Assembly: GCA_965237785.1 (NCBI GenBank)
Contig: OZ250159.1
Location: forward strand, 2,382,204-2,446,203
Direction: 5' to 3'
Source of the DNA: Candidatus Rariloculaceae bacterium
GTDB lineage: Bacteria; Pseudomonadota; Gammaproteobacteria; Steroidobacterales; Rariloculaceae
Length of the DNA stretch: 64,000 bases
This document shows positions 58,663 to 64,000 of this stretch, piece after piece. The translations under genes were made by a program, and so were the position numbers. Within the stretch, counting starts at the first letter, position 1; every line of letters starts with the position of its first letter. The notes beneath the pieces were generated by a model, which did not search any database, had not been told where the DNA came from, and saw only the letters and a list, made by a program, of their open reading frames with translations.

Positions 58663-61626
58663 CTACTTTCCGCGCCCCGCTTCCGACGCTTGCCTCAAGT
58701 TCCGCGTATAGCTGCAACCCGGCCAATTCGAACAGCCCAGAAATCGACCGTATTGGCCCATCCTTGTCTCCAACCAACCATCGCAGTCGGGGCACGTCTC
58801 CAGGAGCTCACCGCAGTCGCGGCAACGGTGATCGTCGCCTGTCCTTACCGCCAGTCCGGTCCCGCAACTTGGACACGGCCGTCGGGTGAGGCTGCAATAC
58901 GGCCAATTGGAACAGCCATAGAAAGTACTTCCGCTTCTTGGGTTTTCGCGGCGCTCCAGGCGACCCTCCTTGCATTGCGGACAGGGGACGTCGGCTTGCG
59001 GCAGCCGACCGAATACGTTCACGTCGTATCGTCCGTGCATCAGTTCCCGGGCGAACGGTGATGGCGGTCCGCCTTCGGCCAGCAGGTAGACCTGGCGTCG
59101 TGCCCGGGTAATGGCGACGTAGAGAAGGCGCCGCTCTTCGGCATTCGGGTGCGCTTCGGGCGCCGCTAACACCAGGTCGAGCAACGGATCGTCGGTGATC
59201 TCGGAGGGGAAACCGTGTTTGCCGGAACACAAGCCGAGTACCACGGCATAGTCGGCCTCGAGGCCCTTCGAGCGATGCACGGTCCTGTAGAAAAAACGAA
59301 GTCCCGGATATCGCTGTGCCAGACGGCCCATGTTCTGGGGCCTCAAGTGTCGGTATCGGCCCATCAGCAGCACGCTGGAGGTTCCGTCGTGCCGGCTGGC
59401 ATCCTCGGCAATCCTGTCGAGCGCCTCCTTCAACAGCGGAGGGCCTTCCTGTTCCGGCAGGCCGAGATGCACGGCCGGGCGGTCCGCCTTGTGCATCGGA
59501 CGGACGGTCTTGCGAATCTGCGCAGGGTTGCGTAGCACGAAGTTAGTCGCCACCTCCGCGATACGGTCGCAGGTCCGGAACATGGTTTCCAGGTCGATGC
59601 GCAAGTAGTCGCCGAACCACGTTTTGAACTCCCGCATGACAGCGATATCGGATCCGCCGAACCGGTAGATGGCCTGCCAGTCATCGCCGACGGCGAAGAG
59701 CTGGGAGTCGGGGGAGCTGTCCAGCAACGCCTTGAGCAGCCTCGCCCGCGCCGGGGAAATATCTTGAAACTCGTCGACCATGATGTATCCAAACGGACTG
59801 CGGTAGCGGCCCGACTCCACCAGGTCGGTCGCCCGGTTGATCATGTCGTGAAAATCGATCGTGCCGGAGCGGGTCAGCGATTCCTGGTAGCGCTCGAATA
59901 CCGGCCGGAACACGGCCAGGAACGCTTCCGCCCGCTTGCGGTCAGCGAGGGATGCCGCCCGTTGGGAGATTTCTGCAAAGGACAGCCGGGAGCCCTTGAA
60001 GTGTTGCAGGAATGTCGCGAGCAGTCGCGTGAACGGGTCGATTCGGCCTTGTTGTTCGAGGACGCCAAACAGGTCGTCCCGGGGGATCGGCGAGAGGACG
60101 ACACCATGGGCGCTGAGCTTTTCCGCCAGGTTGCACAGCAGGCGGCCATCGGCGTGCTCGTGGCTGAAGGTTTCGATCAGCGCGGTGCCGTGCTCTTCAT
60201 GGACCCGGCGCTTCCAATCCATCTCAAGGTGGTACTTGTCGTTGTCGACGAACGACGCGGTCTTGCCCTCGGCATCGAGCCCGAAATGCTCGATGTAGAT
60301 GCCGTGATCCGGGAGATGAAAATCGGGTTGGTACTGGCGCTTGTCCGACGTGGCGGTATCGTGCTCGTAGGATGCTTCGTATTCGTAGGCGATGCCGTTG
60401 AGATAGAGGTAGTTCGCGATCTCGCATTCCTCGTAGCTCTTGACTTTCTCGCCCTTCAGGGAGCGGATGTCGTGGCGGCGGATGTAGTTCCAGTATTCTC
60501 CCCAATTTCTGAATTCGTGCTCGCTCTTGTAGGGCGCGAACTGGTCCCGGAACCATTCCAGCATCGTCCCCGACAGCCCACCGTCAGCAAGCAGGTCGGC
60601 GACGATGTCCTTCAACAGTTCGAACAGCGCCCGGTCGCTCTCGGCGGAGGGTGCGAGCGCGGGTCGCCTGCCTTCGGCTTGGCCAATAATCGCCAGCCCC
60701 AGGCTGTGGAATGTGCGAACTGTCACGCCGCGCGCTGCGGTTGGGCCGAGGCGTTTGCGGATCCGCTGCTGCATCTCGTGGCGGGCGTCGCGCGCGAAGG
60801 CCAGGAGGAGTAGTTCGGACGGGCGCCGGTAGCCACGCTTGATGAGCCAGCCGGCCTTGGCCACGATTACGGAGGTTTTGCCGCTGCCGGCTGCGGCGAC
60901 GACCAGGTTGCGGTGGTCGTCGAGGACGACGGCGTGGCGCTGTTCCTCGGTGAGGGGCATGGCCTCGATCGTGTCGAACAAGGTGCGTGAGCGGGATAGC
61001 TCGTTGGCAATGCGTGCCTCGTTTGCTTTCTCGCGGGCACGGTCTGGTGCTTCCAGGAATTCCAGAATGTCCTTCAGCATTCGGATCTCTGGGGCATCGG
61101 CCAGCGATGATGGCCACCGCCCCACCAAGCCACCGGCGGCCACCTGCGCATCACGCGTGAGATCGCGTATGTCGGCGACACGGACGTAGTTTGGCGGATC
61201 CGCGAGCTGCGTGAGGCAATCGTGTATGGATCGCAACTTCCCGATTTGCGGTGCCAAGGCACGGCGCCACCAGCGGACCCTCACGTTTTCCAGTGATTCG
61301 TTAAGCGCTTTCGCATCATCTCGCGCCAGCCCCGATACAGTTACCCCGCCCCCGATGTGACGCAGATACACGCTCGCCCAGTGGCGGTGGTTCTTCACGC
61401 TTACGGCCTTCAGATCACCTATGGAGATATCCCTTGATCTGAACGCTAAGCTCACTCTCACGACGTTGGCAATTACCGCAACTGCCCTTGCGTCGCGTGG
61501 GTGCAGGACGGCGAACAACATCGACGCCAGTCCCGTTCGATTCGCCTTGAAGATGTCTTCGGCTTGCGAGTGTGGTTCAGGAGGACTTTGCTTGGTGCTC
61601 GGCGGTGCTTTAGAGGCGGTGGTCAA
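58663..61626 (-). CDS. UvrD/Rep-family SF1 helicase, helicase IV (HelD)-like, with C-terminal topoisomerase-type C4 zinc ribbons
   Basis: LTEEQRHAVVLDDHRNLVVAAAGSGKTSVIVAK (motifs Q/I), MVDEFQDISP (motif II), VHRSKGLEADYAVV and LLYVAITRAR (motif VI). The C-terminus has CPQCKEG...YGCSNWPYC, CPSCG...CRDCG and CPDCDG...LGCSNWPGC. Confidence 0.85.
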   Translation of the reverse strand: MTTASKAPPSTKQSPPEPHSQAEDIFKANRTGLASMLFAVLHPRDARAVAVIANVVRVSLAFRSRDISIGDLKAVSVKNHRHWASVYLRHIGGGVTVSGLARDDAKALNESLENVRVRWWRRALAPQIGKLRSIHDCLTQLADPPNYVRVADIRDLTRDAQVAAGGLVGRWPSSLADAPEIRMLKDILEFLEAPDRAREKANEARIANELSRSRTLFDTIEAMPLTEEQRHAVVLDDHRNLVVAAAGSGKTSVIVAKAGWLIKRGYRRPSELLLLAFARDARHEMQQRIRKRLGPTAARGVTVRTFHSLGLAIIGQAEGRRPALAPSAESDRALFELLKDIVADLLADGGLSGTMLEWFRDQFAPYKSEHEFRNWGEYWNYIRRHDIRSLKGEKVKSYEECEIANYLYLNGIAYEYEASYEHDTATSDKRQYQPDFHLPDHGIYIEHFGLDAEGKTASFVDNDKYHLEMDWKRRVHEEHGTALIETFSHEHADGRLLCNLAEKLSAHGVVLSPIPRDDLFGVLEQQGRIDPFTRLLATFLQHFKGSRLSFAEISQRAASLADRKRAEAFLAVFRPVFERYQESLTRSGTIDFHDMINRATDLVESGRYRSPFGYIMVDEFQDISPARARLLKALLDSSPDSQLFAVGDDWQAIYRFGGSDIAVMREFKTWFGDYLRIDLETMFRTCDRIAEVATNFVLRNPAQIRKTVRPMHKADRPAVHLGLPEQEGPPLLKEALDRIAEDASRHDGTSSVLLMGRYRHLRPQNMGRLAQRYPGLRFFYRTVHRSKGLEADYAVVLGLCSGKHGFPSEITDDPLLDLVLAAPEAHPNAEERRLLYVAITRARRQVYLLAEGGPPSPFARELMHGRYDVNVFGRLPQADVPCPQCKEGRLERRENPRSGSTFYGCSNWPYCSLTRRPCPSCGTGLAVRTGDDHRCRDCGELLETCPDCDGWLETRMGQYGRFLGCSNWPGCSYTRNLRQASEAGRGK

Positions 61627-61822
61627 TGCTTGGTAGCTTAGAAATAGGGATGGAACAAAAAAGGGATTTGGCTTTGTATCGGATATGCAGGAGGCTGGTA
61701 AATGAGGCGGTTCGTACTTTTAGGCTCCGGTCGTGAGTTGTCCCGTACACATTCTTTACCGTGCGGATATTCCGAATAGAATTCTCGCGCGAAGCGCAGG
61801 GCACTAAATCCAAGGCAGTAAA

Positions 61823-63160
61823 TTATGTCCCTTCGGCGCTTCCAGCATTATCGGGGCGCTCTATTGGATCGCGTTTCTTTATGGGAGGTGGCGGTGGAAC
61901 CCAAGCCCGAAGCTTCTGACCGATGCGGTCATAGAACTCCGGTACAAGCGTTTCCAGATCTTCAATAAATGTCTTGCTCCCGGAAAAGCGAACACCAAGC
62001 TCCCTTAGCATGAACACTTCAAACCGAATGGGTGATGCCACTGTTTGATCGCTCAGGAGACAGGTAGGATCCTCCAGTGAATCCGCCAACGGTGCCTGCG
62101 TGGGCATTACTCTTCCCGGCCAGTGCACTCGAACAAAGACGTTTGTACCGTCTACCTTTTTTAACTGACGAAGGAGCCAGTTTATTCTTGCCCTGGCGCT
62201 CTTCTTGTCCCGTGGAGCGATTAGCCGCATTGAGCTCGAGATTGTTCTGGTTTGTAAATTTGCGGCCACATCAAGATCGCTCGCAGCGTCCTGAATTGTG
62301 AAGGCGGAACACAGTTCATGGGATGTGATCAGTCGATCGCAGGCATCTTTAAGCCGGAGTTCTGGGTCGAGTCTGTGCTTTCGAGTAAGGCGCAGGACAA
62401 CCCGTTTGGTGATCCGACGATTCAGAATCAAGCAAATATCCCGCTCCTCCTGGAACCAACTTGCTACAGTGTTTTCGATCTCCGGGGAAGTGCGTTTGAA
62501 TTGCGCGGCGCTCCGAACGCTCAATACGAGTCCGCGCCATTCTGAATTCATTTTGTCGAATCGCCTTACCCCTGAGCTCCCATGCTCGAAGAAGCGGACC
62601 ATTTCCCCAAGAATGAATTCCTGTTCCGTATCCAAGCCACCCATGTCCCTTAAAATAAGCGACGCCCGCGTTAGCAGGCTGATCCACGAAAAATGGTAAA
62701 AATTTACGCGACTCGATATTCTCTTGGGTACAAAATAGGGTATATGGGTAGGCGACGAAACTAACTGATTCGACAGCGTTATGACGGCATCAGCCCCATA
62801 TTTCTTGGCGATTTCACCATAGCGGTGAACCTGCTCTTCGTTTAGTCGCGCATTGTCAATTTTGGCTTCAACCAAAGCCGTCCACGTTACTTTGCGCGTT
62901 TCAATACGAAGCACGCCATCTGGCCGTTCAATGCTGCCGTCGCGAATGCCTGGAAACGATACTTCCGTATAACTATCCAGTTTGGTTGTCTTTCCCATCC
63001 GCACACCGCAACGATGTAGCAACTCCTTCGCGAGTGGACGGACGACAGTCAACGTCGCGAGCAGTATTGAGACGATTCGTTCTTCCTTACGGGATGGGGC
63101 TACTGTTGGAATGAGCCTCGCTGATTGCGCCCCCGCCAAGATTTCATCGAGCTTGGACAT
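61823..63160 (-). CDS. Hypothetical protein with N-terminal PD-(D/E)xK nuclease-like motif
   Basis: ...IERPDGVLRIETRKVTWTALVEAKID... gives the D ... ExK arrangement. The remaining roughly 300 aa have no motif I recognise. It lies upstream of and co-directional with the helicase (196-bp gap). Confidence 0.5.
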   Translation of the reverse strand: MSKLDEILAGAQSARLIPTVAPSRKEERIVSILLATLTVVRPLAKELLHRCGVRMGKTTKLDSYTEVSFPGIRDGSIERPDGVLRIETRKVTWTALVEAKIDNARLNEEQVHRYGEIAKKYGADAVITLSNQLVSSPTHIPYFVPKRISSRVNFYHFSWISLLTRASLILRDMGGLDTEQEFILGEMVRFFEHGSSGVRRFDKMNSEWRGLVLSVRSAAQFKRTSPEIENTVASWFQEERDICLILNRRITKRVVLRLTRKHRLDPELRLKDACDRLITSHELCSAFTIQDAASDLDVAANLQTRTISSSMRLIAPRDKKSARARINWLLRQLKKVDGTNVFVRVHWPGRVMPTQAPLADSLEDPTCLLSDQTVASPIRFEVFMLRELGVRFSGSKTFIEDLETLVPEFYDRIGQKLRAWVPPPPPIKKRDPIERPDNAGSAEGT

Positions 63161-63198
63161 GCGTTAGATTGTAGGAAATACCGCGGTGGATATCTACT

Positions 63199-63537
63199 TC
63201 AAGAAAAGTTGCCGTCGTTCGTCAACAGGCGTTTTCGCTTTCGCCAATAGGCCAATGGCAGCACTACGCCCAACGCAAGCCCGCCCAAGAGCGTCGCCAA
63301 GATCAAGTAGTCTGGGGCACCGCTCAGTGGACTCGCCACAAGCGTTGCTACGGACCAGTACACCGTCGCGATGGCAAGCCGGGGCGCCGCCTGGAGATAC
63401 GCCAGCCCCACGGGCAACGTGATGAAGCCAACGAACACGGCGGGCGTGAACAGTGCGAAGCTCGGGATCCAGGCCAGCACGGCCAATACCAGAACGATCC
63501 AGCACCCCGTCGCCCGACTTGTTTTTTTCATGCCCAT
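63199..63537 (-). CDS. Small hypothetical membrane protein (3 predicted TM)
   Basis: Hydrophobic segments CWIVLVLAVLAWIPSFALF, FVGFITLPVGLAYL and LILATLLGGLALGVVLPLAYW. Confidence 0.45.
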   Translation of the reverse strand: MGMKKTSRATGCWIVLVLAVLAWIPSFALFTPAVFVGFITLPVGLAYLQAAPRLAIATVYWSVATLVASPLSGAPDYLILATLLGGLALGVVLPLAYWRKRKRLLTNDGNFS

Positions 63538-63723
63538 TCCTGAGTCAAGTAACCAATGCGGACTCCGGCTTCATTCGCGGAGTAGTTACGTAGCACAGGG
63601 TATCGCGATCATCGGTCTTCTGGAAACTCAAGCGTGCTCGACTTGCGTAATAAGGACCGGGGTCACTCCACTTTTTGTACTGGCGTCTCTGGAAATCCCG
63701 GGACGGTTCAGCGCGTCTTTGCC

Positions 63724-64000
63724 TCACATGCTGTTCAAGTAACCATCGCATCCAGTGAAATAGCCCGCGACCCCATTCATCACGTCGGCCAACGTAGGTA
63801 GGTAAAATTCGCTGTAAGCAATTCGCAAGGGATTGCCCTGCCGATCCACCGGATAACGATAGGCGTATGAGGCGGGGTCGATATTGGCAAACTCTAGGAT
63901 AATCTCAGCGACGACGGGATCGGCCTCATCGGGGTCTACGGTTCCGTATAGTTCAAGCATTCCCATGAATGCTGCCCACAGCTCTTCGAGATCGTGCGAG
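63724..64000 (-). CDS. Partial ORF (N-terminus beyond window end), HEPN-like C-terminal pattern
   Basis: The minus-strand frame is open to the window edge: ...SHDLEELWAAFMGMLELYGTVDPDE...PASYAYRYPVD... The H-D-L ... RYP spacing is reminiscent of classical HEPN domains. This assignment is tentative. Confidence 0.35.
   Translation of the reverse strand, partial: SHDLEELWAAFMGMLELYGTVDPDEADPVVAEIILEFANIDPASYAYRYPVDRQGNPLRIAYSEFYLPTLADVMNGVAGYFTGCDGYLNSM

Noticed and set aside
1-64000. Search for CRISPR arrays, tRNA/rRNA genes and integrase genes
   Set aside because: By eye I saw no regularly spaced direct repeats of CRISPR type, no cloverleaf-like or T-loop (GGTTCGAATCC-like) sequence outside coding context, and no tyrosine or serine recombinase motif in any ORF. 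Absence cannot be proven without tRNAscan-SE, Infernal or HMM runs.

Overview
High-GC proteobacterial-type chromosome segment. Spot counts on single 60-nt lines give 40/60 G+C at 14461-14520. All family calls rest on motifs I recognise in the translated ORFs, because no database search was possible.

Positions 1 to about 25.7 kb look like ordinary core genome. They carry argG (partial)-argR, an esterase, an NRDE protein, a divergent FlhC-like/FlhD-like pair, an ABC-2 exporter, TauE, TRAP dctPQM, a YciI/HMG-CoA-synthase-like/ferredoxin trio, GntR plus a two-gene RND efflux pump, a BNR lipoprotein plus amidase, AsmA, DUF4159 and an M23 peptidase.

From about 25.7 kb to the window end the sequence is a mosaic accessory region with five parts.
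(a) An AT-richer Zn-ADH/acyl-CoA dehydrogenase block sits next to a tctC gene fragment.
(b) A DCC protein, a Cys-type sulfatase and a DUF433/DUF5615 TA-like pair follow.
(c) A decayed tricarboxylate-utilisation operon (tcuA-like pseudogene, tctC, tctA/B fusion, prpF-like) is interrupted at three successive gene junctions. Each small islet (Fic; AlbA_2/HATPase_c_4 regulator; 196-aa orphan) is followed by a decayed duplicate of the upstream gene's 3' end.
(d) A low-GC (24/60 at 43021-43080) four-ORF operon at 42.9-47.6 kb is my best candidate for an undescribed methylation-linked defence system. It encodes an amino-DNA-methyltransferase, a Ser/Thr-kinase::P-loop NTPase fusion, a same-frame continuation ORF separated only by one TAA, and a Rossmann/CARF-like protein.
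(e) After maf comes a defence-island-like stretch. It holds an IS630 element inserted into the 3' end of hsdS, a type I R-M operon (hsdR-hsdM-mntA-hepT-hsdS), a Panacea(DUF4065)/MazF-like pair, a helicase-IV-like UvrD helicase with zinc ribbons next to a PD-(D/E)xK-like protein, and a partial HEPN-like ORF at the window edge.

I recognised no rRNA, tRNA or CRISPR array. Many long ORFs in the track are antisense shadow ORFs typical of high-GC DNA.
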